A DNA stretch of 64,000 nt from an uncultured Thermodesulfobacteriota bacterium (GCA_964597345.1 CAZQXK010000008.1:5991-69990), one strand, 5' to 3'. Positions 28,959-40,023 are shown, counted from the stretch's first letter. Notes: generated by a model not told the origin, from the sequence alone. Numbers and translations: made by a program.

Positions 28959-29621
28959 TCAGCCTCCCAGAAGCGCCGTCTGCATGGTTTCCAACCCCAA
29001 GCGGTCGATCATCCTGCCCATCCGCTCCATGGGCTTGGCTTGCTCCCTGTAATAGTCCACGATTCGGTCCACCAGAACCAGCGCTTCCTCGGTATTCAAT
29101 CCTTCCGCCAATGTATCGGCAAGTCGGGGTTTTCCACTTCCGGATCCCCCGACCATGACGGTCCATCCATTCTTCTTTCCGACGAGGGCGATGTCCTTGA
29201 TGCATGTCTCGGCGCACTGGTTCATGCAGCCGCTTACCCCGATCTTGGTCTTACCGGGCAGTTCCAAGCCGTGATATTTTTCGTCCAATTTCATCCCTAC
29301 GCCCAAACTATCCTGCTGGCCCAGTCTGCAGAACGTGGTGCCGGGACAGGCTTTGATGCTCCGAACACATATACCTACGGCGGCCCCCGGCGACATACCC
29401 AGATCGCTCCACACGGCATCCAGGTCTTCCTCTCTGAGACCCACCACAGCGATTCGTGCGGCGCTCGTTACCTTTAACGCCGCGGCGCCGTATTTTTCCG
29501 CCACATCCGCCAGTTTTCTCAATTCATCCGGGGCGACCACTCCGCAGCGAAGATGCGGCGCTATGGCGTAGGTCCGCTTGTCCCGTTGTAGTATGGCCCC
29601 CTTCTCTCCGTCTTTCAGCAT
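28959..29621 (-). CDS. Stand-alone nitrite/sulfite reductase ferredoxin-like plus 4Fe-4S domain protein
   Basis: GAILQRDK.TYAI, CPGTTFC, KIGVSGCMNQCAE. Confidence 0.82.
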   Translation of the reverse strand: MLKDGEKGAILQRDKRTYAIAPHLRCGVVAPDELRKLADVAEKYGAAALKVTSAARIAVVGLREEDLDAVWSDLGMSPGAAVGICVRSIKACPGTTFCRLGQQDSLGVGMKLDEKYHGLELPGKTKIGVSGCMNQCAETCIKDIALVGKKNGWTVMVGGSGSGKPRLADTLAEGLNTEEALVLVDRIVDYYREQAKPMERMGRMIDRLGLETMQTALLGG

Positions 29622-30122
29622 GTCTGTCTCCTTTAGCCGATCAGTTCTTGTATGAATAGGAGCGCCCGTGTTGAACGAACCAACCGCCGGGGGTGAATGA
29701 TAACCGATGTCTTCATTCTCTGGACGGACCGTCCGGAAACATGGCGACCCGGTATCGCGCATCCGGTCACCGGCGTGGCCAAGAACGCGACCTACGGGTA
29801 TGATGGTGACGTGTAACCCTCGTTGTTTCTCGGGATTCGCGCGCCACGCACTTCAAGGGTGTCTGCCGGTCCGGCTTCCGCCCCGTGCTTCCACGAGCTG
29901 CTAAAGTCTACCCGAGGAGCGATTTCTGGGCAAGAGGGTGGATGGATCGCCGGAGATATATACTTGTTATTCCAAAGAGATACGGTGAAGGAAACGGTTG
30001 AATCCCCCTATCGGCCCGTTGATAAGCAGCATGGAGGCCGGCTGCGGACGGCCCCGGCGTACTGGAGGATCGGCGAAATTGGATACGAGGAATGCGACGC
30101 CCTCCGAGGGCCGCAGAGCATA

Positions 30123-30274
30123 TCAGGCCGTTGAAACACGCGATCTGCGGTGTCGGGCTTCATCCCATGTCATTGCGGCGTACTGGTTGTGCGCCTCATT
30201 CCTCAGGATTCGCGCGCCTCGCATCTCGTCGTTTTTCACCGGCCTGCCCGCAATACGGTTTATCAACGGGCTGA
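30123..30274 (+). mobile_element. MITE-like repeat, full length
   Basis: CAGGCCGTTGAAACAC...TTTATCAACGGGCTG; TA/CA flanks. Confidence 0.8.
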
Positions 30275-30347
30275 CAGGGGAACATGAGTTCCGTGACCTG
30301 GGTTTTGAGTCGGCGTGGATACGGTTGTGCTTTTCTTTCGGGTCGAT

Positions 30348-30365
30348 TTGTGACAAACTGCACAA
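30348..30365. promoter_or_regulatory. Rex-like or CRP-like box
   Basis: TTGTGACAAACTGCACAA, 12 of 14 positions of TTGTGAA-N4-TTCACAA. Confidence 0.4.
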
Positions 30366-30672
30366 CCGTTGCGGCGGCTTCTCGATCGCGTGCAGAGGGA
30401 ACCTTGGCAGGGGTCGAGTTCCGTGTCGGCCACCGGGGGAACCGGCGGTTATCCTGTTCCGTTTAGGGCGTCTTCCATGGCCGTCCGGAAACGTCTTCTG
30501 CGGTGTCGCCCGTCATCCTTCGTTGCTGGGGCGGGCTTCATGCATGCGCGATTTTTCAGAGTTTGTTCTCCCGGGGTATGATGGCTTTTCGCGGCCTCGT
30601 TTTCACGGAGGCGGCAAGAACGCATGGCAACACGGACGGGTCTTGATCAGCACCGGCTGGAGGCGATGGAAC

Positions 30673-32130
30673 ATGGGGATGCGTATCAGCCTGCGTACCC
30701 GGGTATTGGGTGTCCTGGGAATTCTGGTGGCGGCCACCCTGCTGGGAAGTTTGGTCACCGTCTGGTATGCGGTGCGGATGGACAGGCTTTTCGAACGGAC
30801 CGTCCAAGTGGACGTGGCCGGGCTGAAAGCTGCGGAGGAACTGGAGATCGCCCTTCTGATGCAAAAGGGGTTCGTCACGTACTATTATCTGTATGGCGAA
30901 CCACGCTGGCTGGATGAGTTGTATCGTCATCAGGAAGTGTTCCATGAAGGGCTGAAGAAAGCGAGGAATCTCAGCTATCGTCCCAGCGAGCTGGAGATAT
31001 TGAACCAGATCGAAACGGAATACATCCGGTACGTCTTTTTCCGGGACCAGGTGATTCGGCTTTATCGGGAGGGAGAACGCCAGGAGGGAGCTTTGTTGCA
31101 CGAGGACGTCCGGGGAAGGTTTCATCGAGTGTATGGTTTCTGCGAGCAGTATAAAGCCCTGCACGAGAGGTTCATCGATGAAGCCGTCGCCGAGAGCCGC
31201 TCCAGGGCCCGAGCCATGACGCTGTTCGCTTCTTTGGGTTCCGCCGGCGTGTGTTTGCTTGCCGGTTTGCTAAGCTATATACTGCTCAAGTATATCCTGG
31301 CGCCGATTCGGAGGCTGGCTGTAGAGGGGTCATCTCCGGTAAATGAAGGAAACGTGGATGAAGTTCAGGCATTGAGCCAACGGGTGTACAGCCTTATCGA
31401 GCACGTGGATGAGGCCAAGACCCGGTTGGAGCGGAGCCGAGAGCACCTGGTGCAGTCCGAAAAGTGGGTGCTGGTGGGGAAACTGGCGGCCGGCATGGCG
31501 CACAGCATTCGTAATCCGTTGACTTCCGTGAAGATGCGGCTGTTCTCCCTGGCGAGGACCCTGGAGCTTTCGGAGACGGAGAAGGAAGATTTTGAAGTGA
31601 TTTCCGAGGAAATCGCTCACATTGATACCATCGTCCAGAACTTCCTGGAGTTCTCGCGTCCCCCCAAGCTTCTCATGCAGCAGGGGAGTCCTTCGGATGT
31701 AGTGGATGTGGCGGTGCAGTTATTGCGCCACCGATTCGATTCGTACGGTGTCCGTGTGGAGGTCAAGAGGGCTGGGCGTTTGCCCCATGTTTGGCTGGAT
31801 CCGGAACAGCTCAAGGAAGCCTTGGTGAATCTGCTGCTCAATGCCTGTGAAGCGATGCAGGAGGGCGGTTCCATTGACGTCGAGGAGGAAGAACGGATCG
31901 ACGAATCCGGTGAACGGGTGGTGATGATACGCGTGGCGGACACGGGTCCGGGGATTCCGAAGTCGATCCAGGAGAAAGTGTTTCAGCCCTTTTTCAGCAC
32001 CAAAGAGGAAGGCACGGGCCTGGGATTGAGTATTGCCTGCCGTATCGTGGAGGGACATGGAGGCGCTTTGAGCGTCCGGTCCGAAGAGGGAAAAGGGGCC
32101 GTGTTCTGCATCGTGCTGCGGCGCCCGTGA
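30673..32130 (+). CDS. Sensor histidine kinase with periplasmic four-helix bundle
   Basis: Two TM segments, AHSIRNPL, DTGPG, GTGLGL; the ORF-track extension to 29998 runs through a repeat. Confidence 0.9.
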   Translation: MGMRISLRTRVLGVLGILVAATLLGSLVTVWYAVRMDRLFERTVQVDVAGLKAAEELEIALLMQKGFVTYYYLYGEPRWLDELYRHQEVFHEGLKKARNLSYRPSELEILNQIETEYIRYVFFRDQVIRLYREGERQEGALLHEDVRGRFHRVYGFCEQYKALHERFIDEAVAESRSRARAMTLFASLGSAGVCLLAGLLSYILLKYILAPIRRLAVEGSSPVNEGNVDEVQALSQRVYSLIEHVDEAKTRLERSREHLVQSEKWVLVGKLAAGMAHSIRNPLTSVKMRLFSLARTLELSETEKEDFEVISEEIAHIDTIVQNFLEFSRPPKLLMQQGSPSDVVDVAVQLLRHRFDSYGVRVEVKRAGRLPHVWLDPEQLKEALVNLLLNACEAMQEGGSIDVEEEERIDESGERVVMIRVADTGPGIPKSIQEKVFQPFFSTKEEGTGLGLSIACRIVEGHGGALSVRSEEGKGAVFCIVLRRP

Positions 32131-32172
32131 TTGGATGGAACCGGATGCCCTTTCAGGGGGCGCCTATATCCT

Positions 32173-33621
32173 ATGGGAGCGTCCGAATTGGCGAAGATTC
32201 TCATTGTCGACGATGATGCTCAATTACGGAAAAGCTTCTCCAAACTGTTGACCTGGGAGGAACACGCCGTATACGCCGCCTCCAGCGGGGAAACGGCCCT
32301 GGCCATGATCCGCGAAGAGAACCCGGACTTGGTCATTCTGGATGTGCGCCTGCCGGGCATGACCGGTTTGGAGACTTTCGACGTCATCCACCAATGGGAC
32401 CCCAAACTCCCGGTGATCATCATGACGGCGTATGGGACTACGGATACGGCTATCCAGGCAACCAAAATGGGGGCCTTTGACTATGTGGTCAAACCCTTCG
32501 ACATTCCGGACATCCTCTCCCTGATCAAGGAAGCCCTGGAAGCGGCCCGCTTGAGGCGGTCCCGAGCCGAAACCGACCTGGCGCCGGATCCCGGGCTGGT
32601 CGACGGTCTTATCGGGGGCAGCAGATGCATGCAGGAGGTCTACAAGTCCATAGGCCGGGCGGCCGCCACGGACGCCAACGTGTTGATCCGAGGGGAATCC
32701 GGAACGGGGAAGGAACTGGTGGCCCGGGCCATATATAAGTACAGCCAGCGTTCCGATAAACCGTTCATTACGATCAATTGCGTGGCCATTCCCGAAACGC
32801 TTCTGGAAAGCGAGTTGTTCGGCTATGAAAAGGGGGCGTTTACGGGCGCGTTAAGCCGTCATATCGGCAAGATCGAACGGGCTCAAAGGGGAACGGTGTT
32901 TTTGGATGAAATCGGGGACATGCCTCTGAGCATACAGGCCAAGGTATTGCGCCTCTTGCAGGAACGGAACATCGAAAGGCTTGGAGGACGCGGCGAACTC
33001 ATTCCGGTGGATGTGCGCATCATCGCGGCTACCAAGACGGACCTGGAAGGAGCCATTGCCCAGGGGCGTTTTCGTGAGGATCTATACTATCGTTTGAAGG
33101 TGGTCACCATCCGCCTGCCTCCGCTGAGAGAGCGCGCGGAGGATATTCAGGACCTTGCCGAGTATTTTCTGGCGAAGTCCTCTCGAGATATGGAAATCGA
33201 GAATCCAGGGCTGGCCGAAGAGACGAAAGCCGTTCTGGGGACCCTCCCATGGCCGGGCAATGTGCGGGAATTGGCCAACACGCTCCAGAAGGCCTTGATT
33301 TTCAGCCGGGGCTGTCCCATTCGCCCGGAGGACATACTGCCCGGACCCGATGGCGCCGAGATCCTGGAGGATGCCGACGACGAGACTGTGGATCGTATGG
33401 TCCGCAAGTGGGTTCGACGGCGCCTGGTTTTAGAGAGCGGCAGGGCGGATTTCGATACCGTCATGGATTATTTCGGGAGTACCCTGGTCCGCGAAGCCCT
33501 GGAACTTACCGGCGGAAATCGAACGCGGGCGGCCAAAATTCTGGGCATTTCCCGTCCAACCCTGCAATCGAAAATCGAAAAGTACCGCTTGACACTGGAA
33601 GCTTCTGTGAGGTGCGATTGA
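32173..33621 (+). CDS. Sigma54-dependent response regulator (NtrC family)
   Basis: REC domain, GESGTGKE, ESELFGYEKGAFTGA, WPGNVREL, Fis-type HTH. Confidence 0.94.
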   Translation: MGASELAKILIVDDDAQLRKSFSKLLTWEEHAVYAASSGETALAMIREENPDLVILDVRLPGMTGLETFDVIHQWDPKLPVIIMTAYGTTDTAIQATKMGAFDYVVKPFDIPDILSLIKEALEAARLRRSRAETDLAPDPGLVDGLIGGSRCMQEVYKSIGRAAATDANVLIRGESGTGKELVARAIYKYSQRSDKPFITINCVAIPETLLESELFGYEKGAFTGALSRHIGKIERAQRGTVFLDEIGDMPLSIQAKVLRLLQERNIERLGGRGELIPVDVRIIAATKTDLEGAIAQGRFREDLYYRLKVVTIRLPPLRERAEDIQDLAEYFLAKSSRDMEIENPGLAEETKAVLGTLPWPGNVRELANTLQKALIFSRGCPIRPEDILPGPDGAEILEDADDETVDRMVRKWVRRRLVLESGRADFDTVMDYFGSTLVREALELTGGNRTRAAKILGISRPTLQSKIEKYRLTLEASVRCD

Positions 33622-33777
33622 GTCGGTGACCGCCGGCCTTTTGGACATGGAGCTTCGCGGGGTGATGCGCCTCCGGGACGATTTCCCCGGACGATGACTT
33701 TACGGTCATCGGCGGAGTTCCCCGGAGCATGAAAGCCGGCCCGAAGGCGGAACATGGGAGGCGATTTACGGCCGGTG

Positions 33778-33796
33778 TTTTTACAGGTTGTAAAAA
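33778..33796. promoter_or_regulatory. Candidate enhancer (UAS) palindrome
   Basis: TTTTTACA-GGT-TGTAAAAA about 105 bp upstream of the -24/-12 promoter. Confidence 0.5.
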
Positions 33797-33900
33797 AAGA
33801 CGGCGCGCAGCCGGGAGAATGTGTGCTTTCAGGGTTCCTGAAGAACCCGGAATAGCAAAAAGAGTCAAGAGGTTACCTTTGTACCGGACTTGCCTGCCAC

Positions 33901-33915
33901 TGGCATGTTCCTTGC
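33901..33915 (+). promoter_or_regulatory. Sigma54 (-24/-12) promoter
   Basis: TGGCAT-GTTCC-TTGC. Confidence 0.72.
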
Positions 33916-33951
33916 CTGAAAGAACCGTAAACGGGGCAAGGAGCGTTTCCG

Positions 33952-34341
33952 GTGTCGGAGAGGTTCTTCATTCTCATCGCGGATCGAAATCGGAATGTTC
34001 GTGAGTTCATGAAACGCGAGCTGATGGCCGAGGGGTATCGGGTGCGTGTAGCCAGGGATGATCGGGAGGTGCTGGAGGCGGTGGAAAGTAGTGATCCCCC
34101 GGCTCTGGTGATCCTGGACCCGGAGATTCCTTACGGAGGCGCACTGGAAGTCGTGGAAACATTGGGGATGCGGAAACCGGGACTGCCCATCGTGATCCAC
34201 AGCCTTTCCAGAGAAGATACCCTTCATCCGTCCTTGAAGCGGGTTGCCGCATTCGTGGAAAAGAGCGGCAACATGGAGCACTTGAAGGAGACGCTGGCTT
34301 CCGTGCTGCATCATCGATATCGGGCGAAATCGACGGCATGA
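33952..34341 (+). CDS. Single-domain response regulator, atypical acidic pocket
   Basis: LIADRN (DD to DR), VILD, EKS. Confidence 0.78.
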   Translation: MSERFFILIADRNRNVREFMKRELMAEGYRVRVARDDREVLEAVESSDPPALVILDPEIPYGGALEVVETLGMRKPGLPIVIHSLSREDTLHPSLKRVAAFVEKSGNMEHLKETLASVLHHRYRAKSTA

Positions 34342-34419
34342 TTTCCTGCGTTTCCATCGGCGGACTCCTGGAATGAGAAAGCTCTGAACGAGACGATCGG
34401 TCCGAACGGGACAACCGGA

Positions 34420-36234
34420 ATGATTTCCAAGAAGCACCACGATGCGTCCTATTATCGGTTACTGAAGACCAATATGGCGTTCATCATCATTTGTGTTTCT
34501 CTGGCGCCTCTTATCGCTATAGGCGTAGTCGCGCTGTACAATTTCCAGAAGTCCTACTACGACAAATACGTGGATCATTTGGAAACCCTGGTGCTGAAGC
34601 ACAAGCTGCAGATCGACAGCTTTCTTACGGAAAAGCTGGCGGACATCAAGGTATTGGCCCGGGTGTGTTCCTACGAAGAGTTATCCGACGAGGTGTTTCT
34701 CCAGCAACGGTTGGAGGATCTTCGTGAGGAGCACAAGGGTACTTTTGTGGATCTTGGCGTGGTTCGTCAGGACGGATTGCAGGTGGCGTATGCCGGCCCT
34801 TTCAGACTGGCCCGGGTCGTGTACTCCGAGGCCGAATGGTTCAAGCAGGCCATGCAGAGCGATTCGTACATCAGCGACGTGTTCTTGGGAATGCGCGGCC
34901 TGCCGCACTTCATCGTGGCGGTGAAGAAATCCCGTAACGGCGAGGAATGGATTTTAAGAGCCACCATCGATTTCATGACCTTCAATTCACTGGTGGAGAA
35001 CATCCATGTGGGAAGGACCGGCCAGGCGTTCATATTGAACCGAAGAGGAGAATTTCAGACACACCGTCAAACGTCGCGCGGAAATTCCCTCGAACTCACC
35101 CTGGATTTTCTGACTGAGCCGCTGGGCCGCAATCGAGTGGATGTGTTCGAAGGCGCCGACAAGGTCGGAAAGAAAATTATTTCGGTGGTGACCGCCCTCA
35201 AGGAGGGAAGCTGGCTGTTGATCTACCAGCAATATGAGGCGGATTTGCTGTCGGATTTGTATCATACCAGGCAGCTGGCCCTGGCCATATTTCTGATCGG
35301 CGCGGCGACGGTTATGACCACGGCGTTCATTCTGTCCAACCGAATGGTAAATCACATCATCGTCACGGAGCGCGAAAAGGAAATGATGAATGAGCAGGTC
35401 ATAGAGGCCGGAAAGCTGGCCTCCCTGGGCGAATTGGCCGCGGGTATCGCCCACGAGATCAACAATCCGGTGGCCATCATGGTGGAAGAGGCGGGTTGGA
35501 TCGGCGACCTCCTGGAAGAGGAAGAGTTTCGAGAAAGCGAGAATTTGAAGGAGGTGAAGACCTCCTTGGATCAAATACGGGTTCAGGGCCAGCGGTGCAA
35601 GGACATTACGTACAAGCTGTTGAGTTTTGCCCGGAAAACGGATCCGCAGATCAAGGAAGTGCAGCTGAATGAACTGATCGAGGAAGTGGTGAATCTGTCG
35701 CGACAGAGAGCCAAGTACAGCAATGTTCGTATCGAAATGAACCTTGCCCCCGATCTTCCGTTGATTCAGGTGGCGCCGTCCGAGATACAGCAGGTTTTGT
35801 TGAACTTGGTGAACAACTCCATCGATGCCATGGATAAGGAAGGAGGTACCCTGGGGTTTGTCACCCGGTTGGAAGACCGCGCCGTAGTCGTGGATGTGTC
35901 GGATACGGGGGGAGGTATCCCGGAGGCCAATCTGCCCCGGATATTCGATCCTTTCTTCACCACCAAGCCCGTAGGCAAGGGGACGGGATTGGGACTGTCC
36001 ATCTGCTATGGAATCATTCACAAACTGGGCGGCGAGATCAGCGTGAACAGCGCCGTGGGTATCGGCACGGTCTTTCATGTGAGGCTGCCCCTTGCCAAGA
36101 GTACCACCCAGGATACCGGGAGTCTGCCCGGAGACACGTTTCCCGAAATGCAGGAGGCTCCGTCGAAGACGACCTCCGGAGTTGTCCCGTTCCCCAAGAG
36201 ACGGGAGGAGAGCATTACGGGAGGGCAACCCTGA
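34420..36234 (+). CDS. Cache-domain sensor histidine kinase
   Basis: Two TM segments, ISDVFLG.RG.PHF, AHEINNP, DTGGG, GTGLGL. Confidence 0.92.
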   Translation: MISKKHHDASYYRLLKTNMAFIIICVSLAPLIAIGVVALYNFQKSYYDKYVDHLETLVLKHKLQIDSFLTEKLADIKVLARVCSYEELSDEVFLQQRLEDLREEHKGTFVDLGVVRQDGLQVAYAGPFRLARVVYSEAEWFKQAMQSDSYISDVFLGMRGLPHFIVAVKKSRNGEEWILRATIDFMTFNSLVENIHVGRTGQAFILNRRGEFQTHRQTSRGNSLELTLDFLTEPLGRNRVDVFEGADKVGKKIISVVTALKEGSWLLIYQQYEADLLSDLYHTRQLALAIFLIGAATVMTTAFILSNRMVNHIIVTEREKEMMNEQVIEAGKLASLGELAAGIAHEINNPVAIMVEEAGWIGDLLEEEEFRESENLKEVKTSLDQIRVQGQRCKDITYKLLSFARKTDPQIKEVQLNELIEEVVNLSRQRAKYSNVRIEMNLAPDLPLIQVAPSEIQQVLLNLVNNSIDAMDKEGGTLGFVTRLEDRAVVVDVSDTGGGIPEANLPRIFDPFFTTKPVGKGTGLGLSICYGIIHKLGGEISVNSAVGIGTVFHVRLPLAKSTTQDTGSLPGDTFPEMQEAPSKTTSGVVPFPKRREESITGGQP

Positions 36235-36295
36235 CGGCCGGCCATAGAAAGGCTCGGCGGGACACGGATGAAAAACAAAGCAAGGAGCGATAAAG

Positions 36296-36727
36296 ATGGC
36301 GGCAACGAAATTGATGTTGGTGGATGACGAGGCTCCTTTCGTGGAGACCATGACCAAGCGTCTGGTCCGCAGGGGATTCGAAGTGGTGAGCGCTTTCAGC
36401 GGACCGGAAGCATTGGGCCTGTTGAAACGTCTGACGGATATCGATGTGGTTATCCTGGATGTCAAGATGCCGGGGATGGACGGCATCGAAGCGTTGAGAG
36501 AGATGAAAACGGCCTATCCGTTGCTGGAAGTGATCATGCTTACCGGGCATGCGACCGTGGAAAGCGCCATCGAAGGGATGAAACTGGGAGCCTTCGATTA
36601 CTTGATGAAACCGTGCGATATGGATCAACTTCTTTCCAAGGTTCAGGAGGCCGTGGCCAAGAAACGGCGACACGAGGAAAAAATCATTGAAGCTCAGATG
36701 AAGGAAATTACCCTTCGCAGGATTTAG
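36296..36727 (+). CDS. Response regulator (receiver)
   Basis: LVDDE, LDVKMP, TGH, KP. Confidence 0.92.
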   Translation: MAATKLMLVDDEAPFVETMTKRLVRRGFEVVSAFSGPEALGLLKRLTDIDVVILDVKMPGMDGIEALREMKTAYPLLEVIMLTGHATVESAIEGMKLGAFDYLMKPCDMDQLLSKVQEAVAKKRRHEEKIIEAQMKEITLRRI

Positions 36728-36737
36728 TGAGGATTCC

Positions 36738-37139
36738 ATGTCTGCACGGGATGCCGCAGAGGCTCAACCGATCCGGCTTCTTTTGGTGGACGATGAAGAG
36801 GCGTATGTGCACGTGCTTTCAAAAAGGATAGCCCGACGCAAAATCGAGGTGACCACTGCCTTGAGCGGTTCCGAAGCCATTCAGGCCGTGCGCAGGCAGG
36901 ATTTCGATGTGGCGGTCCTGGATCTCAAGATGGAGGATATGGACGGCATCGAAGTGCTCAAGATTTTGAAAAAGATGGTTCCTGAACTGGCCGTGATCAT
37001 GCTCACGGGACACGGTTCCGAGAAAGCCGCCAGGGAAGGGATTTTGTTCGGGGCTTACGACTATCTGACCAAGCCCTGCGATTTGACCGATCTTCTGACC
37101 AAAATTCGGGAAGCACACAAGAAAAAAAGCACCCAGTGA
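36738..37139 (+). CDS. Response regulator (receiver)
   Basis: LVDDE, LDLKM, TGH, KP. Confidence 0.92.
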   Translation: MSARDAAEAQPIRLLLVDDEEAYVHVLSKRIARRKIEVTTALSGSEAIQAVRRQDFDVAVLDLKMEDMDGIEVLKILKKMVPELAVIMLTGHGSEKAAREGILFGAYDYLTKPCDLTDLLTKIREAHKKKSTQ

Positions 37140-37182
37140 ATCTTGGAAAGGCGTACGGTCACGATAACCGGGGCATGGAGGA

Positions 37183-38781
37183 ATGATCATGTCTGTGAAA
37201 AGTTTCGCAAGCAAAAGCATCGTTCAGCTCTGCATCGCGCTCGCTCTGGGATTGGTGGTGTTGCTCCTGCCTCGACCCGAAGGGAGCAAGTTCCGAGTTC
37301 TCGGTGACGAGGAGCAGCGTCTCTTTCAACACCTCAGTGAAGAATTCAATCTGGTGCCCAAGAACGAACAGATGGGCAAGGGCTATGTCCTTCAAGTGAA
37401 AGACCGGTCCGGTCCCGCCGCTTCAGCGGACTATGTGAAATCCCAACTCGCATCGCTGGATATTCCGGGGGCCCGCGTGGAGTACGTGGACGGGTTGTCT
37501 CCCAAGGCCAAACGGTTTCTGGCGGTGCTGGTGGTTCTCGTTTTTCTGTTCGTCACCGAAGCCATTCCTCTGGAAATCACGGCCGTCTGTATCGGCGTAT
37601 TCCTGGTGATCATGGGGATTACGGACGTCAAGGACGCCTGGGCTCCGTACATGCATCCCGTGGTGGTATTCGTGATGACCTGTCTCATCTTTGCCATTGC
37701 CCTGGACAAGGTGGGCATCACCAAGAGAATGGGGTATTTCATCGTCCGGAAGGCCGGAGACAGCGTAACCCGGTTCACCTTCATCATCGCCATGGGGTTG
37801 GGTATCGCATCCTCGGTGATGCATGACGCCGCGGCCACGGCCATCGGCATCGTCACCATGATTCCTCTCATGCGGGCCGCAGGCATCCAGCCTCACACCA
37901 ATACGGCCAAGTTCATGATGCTCTCCCTGCCGTTCGCCTGTTCGGCCGGCGGCATGGGCACCTTGGTGGGCGGGGGCCGGAACATGGTGGCGGCGGCTTT
38001 TCTCAAGGAATTCACCGGCATGGAAATCGACTTTCTGGACTGGATCATCTTCGCCATGCCGGCGGCGATTTTAACGGTCCCCATAGCGGTGCTCGTGGTA
38101 TACTTGGTATTCAGGCCGGATCCCAATATTAAACTACCCAAATTCGACGAGGATCTGGGCCCCTTCAGCCGGCAGGAACGGATGACGTTGCTGGTGGCGC
38201 TCGTCGTGTTCCTTCTGTGGTTGACCAAGGCCTTCCACGGTTTGGACTATTCCGTCACCGGCATGTTGGGAGTAGGCGCCCTGGTGTTGATCGGGGTGCT
38301 CAAATGGGAAGACATCCACACGCACCTGGAGTGGGGGACCGCCCTCTTCATTTTCGGCGGAGGCATCTCTTTGGGTCTCGCCATGGGATATTCGGGAGCG
38401 GCGGACTACTTTGCAAATCTCTTCTTTCCGTATGTGAAAGGCGGAGGTTGGTTCCTGTTGTTCGCGGGAGTGGGCGTGTTCGGCGCCCTGGTGACCAACG
38501 CCATGGCCAATGTAGCCGCCGCGGCCTTGATTCTGCCCATCGTTATTCCCCTGGCTCAACTGGAAGGCGTGGATCCGAGAGTGATGGCTCTGTGCCTGGG
38601 AATGGCCACCTCCTTTGCCCTCTTGCTGGTCATCGGATGCCCTCCCAACGCCATCGCTTACAGCTACCGGTATTTCAAGTCATCGGATCTGACCCGGGCC
38701 GGCTTGCTGGCAACGCCCATTCTTCTGGCTGTGTTGATCCTGGTGGCTGCGTTGTGGTGGCATATCCTGGGGCTTGTTTGA
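37183..38781 (+). CDS. SLC13/DASS family anion transporter
   Basis: Many TM helices, EAIPLEIT, GTLVGGGRN, AMANVAA, PPNAIAY. Confidence 0.88.
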   Translation: MIMSVKSFASKSIVQLCIALALGLVVLLLPRPEGSKFRVLGDEEQRLFQHLSEEFNLVPKNEQMGKGYVLQVKDRSGPAASADYVKSQLASLDIPGARVEYVDGLSPKAKRFLAVLVVLVFLFVTEAIPLEITAVCIGVFLVIMGITDVKDAWAPYMHPVVVFVMTCLIFAIALDKVGITKRMGYFIVRKAGDSVTRFTFIIAMGLGIASSVMHDAAATAIGIVTMIPLMRAAGIQPHTNTAKFMMLSLPFACSAGGMGTLVGGGRNMVAAAFLKEFTGMEIDFLDWIIFAMPAAILTVPIAVLVVYLVFRPDPNIKLPKFDEDLGPFSRQERMTLLVALVVFLLWLTKAFHGLDYSVTGMLGVGALVLIGVLKWEDIHTHLEWGTALFIFGGGISLGLAMGYSGAADYFANLFFPYVKGGGWFLLFAGVGVFGALVTNAMANVAAAALILPIVIPLAQLEGVDPRVMALCLGMATSFALLLVIGCPPNAIAYSYRYFKSSDLTRAGLLATPILLAVLILVAALWWHILGLV

Positions 38782-38790
38782 GGTGATGGT

Positions 38791-40023
38791 ATGAGGGAAC
38801 AGGGCGGCGTGGAATCCATCCGGGTCCTTCTCGTGGATGACGAAGAAGGATTCCGGGCGCCCCTGGCCAAGCGGCTCTCCCGTCGGGGCATGCAGATTAA
38901 GGATGCCTCCAACGGACGAGAGGCGCTTTCCATCCTGTCCCAAGATCCGGTGGACGTGATCGTGATGGACGTGAAGATGCCGGTCATGAACGGGTTGGAA
39001 GCCTTGAAGCAGATCAAGGAAACGCGGCCGGGAATGGAAGTGATCCTGCTTACCGGGCATGCGAGCGCCCAGGACGGAGTGGACGGCATCAAACTGGGGG
39101 CCTTCGACTACCTGTCCAAGCCCGTGGAATTCGAACATCTTTACAGCAAGATTCGCCAGGCGCACGAGAAGATCGTTCGGGACAGGGAGAAGAAGGCGGA
39201 GGCGGAGTTCCGGGCTCAGATGGAGCAACAGATGATCGTCACGGAACGGCTGGCCTCCCTGGGGACCTTGGCTGCGGGCATCGCCCACGAGATCAACAAT
39301 CCCCTGTCCATTATTCGTGAGTCGGCGGGTTGGATGAAGAGTCTGTTGCAGAAGGAGGAACTGGCGAATATTCCTCGCAGAGAGGACTTCGAACTGGCGT
39401 TGGGGAAAATCGAAGCGAGCGTTGAGCGGGCCAAGAAGATCACCCACCAGTTGCTCGGGTTTGTTCGGAGGGGCGACGGCATTCTCCGGGAGGTGAATCT
39501 CGGGAACCTCGTGGACGAAGTGATTCAACTCGTGGAACGGGAGGCGTCCTACAAGGGGTTGGAGTTGATCCGGGAATTCCGGACGGACGATCTTACGGTC
39601 TGGAGTGATCCCAACCAGTTGCGACAGGTCCTGTTCAACCTGGTGAACAATGCCGTGCAGGCTTCGGCAAAAGGAGGGAAAGTGCGCATCCGCGTGGAAG
39701 GAGACGCCGACAAGGCCGCGCTGCGCGTAACGGATCATGGACACGGCATTCCCCGGGAGCATTTGGAGAAAATCTTCGAGCCCTTCTTCACCACCAAACC
39801 CCCCGGCCAAGGTACGGGTTTGGGGCTCTCCATCAGCCGGAGTATCATGGTGAAGTTGGGTGGAACCATTGAGGTTGAAAGTCAACTGGGCCGAGGAGCG
39901 AGTTTTTGGGTTACCTTGCCCAGACGGAAAAGGTTCGCGGGTTCCATGGAAACGGAAGCGGACTTCGAACCCGCACCGGATTCAAATGAACGGAGGACAG
40001 GCCATGGTCAAGATTCCCGTTGA
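38791..40023 (+). CDS. Receiver-histidine kinase fusion
   Basis: N-terminal REC, AHEINNPL, DHGHG, GTGLGL. Confidence 0.92.
   Translation: MREQGGVESIRVLLVDDEEGFRAPLAKRLSRRGMQIKDASNGREALSILSQDPVDVIVMDVKMPVMNGLEALKQIKETRPGMEVILLTGHASAQDGVDGIKLGAFDYLSKPVEFEHLYSKIRQAHEKIVRDREKKAEAEFRAQMEQQMIVTERLASLGTLAAGIAHEINNPLSIIRESAGWMKSLLQKEELANIPRREDFELALGKIEASVERAKKITHQLLGFVRRGDGILREVNLGNLVDEVIQLVEREASYKGLELIREFRTDDLTVWSDPNQLRQVLFNLVNNAVQASAKGGKVRIRVEGDADKAALRVTDHGHGIPREHLEKIFEPFFTTKPPGQGTGLGLSISRSIMVKLGGTIEVESQLGRGASFWVTLPRRKRFAGSMETEADFEPAPDSNERRTGHGQDSR

Noticed and set aside
29828-29850. Short fragment ctcgggattcgcgcgcc matching the repeat core
   Set aside because: Too short to count as a copy; not included in the 14
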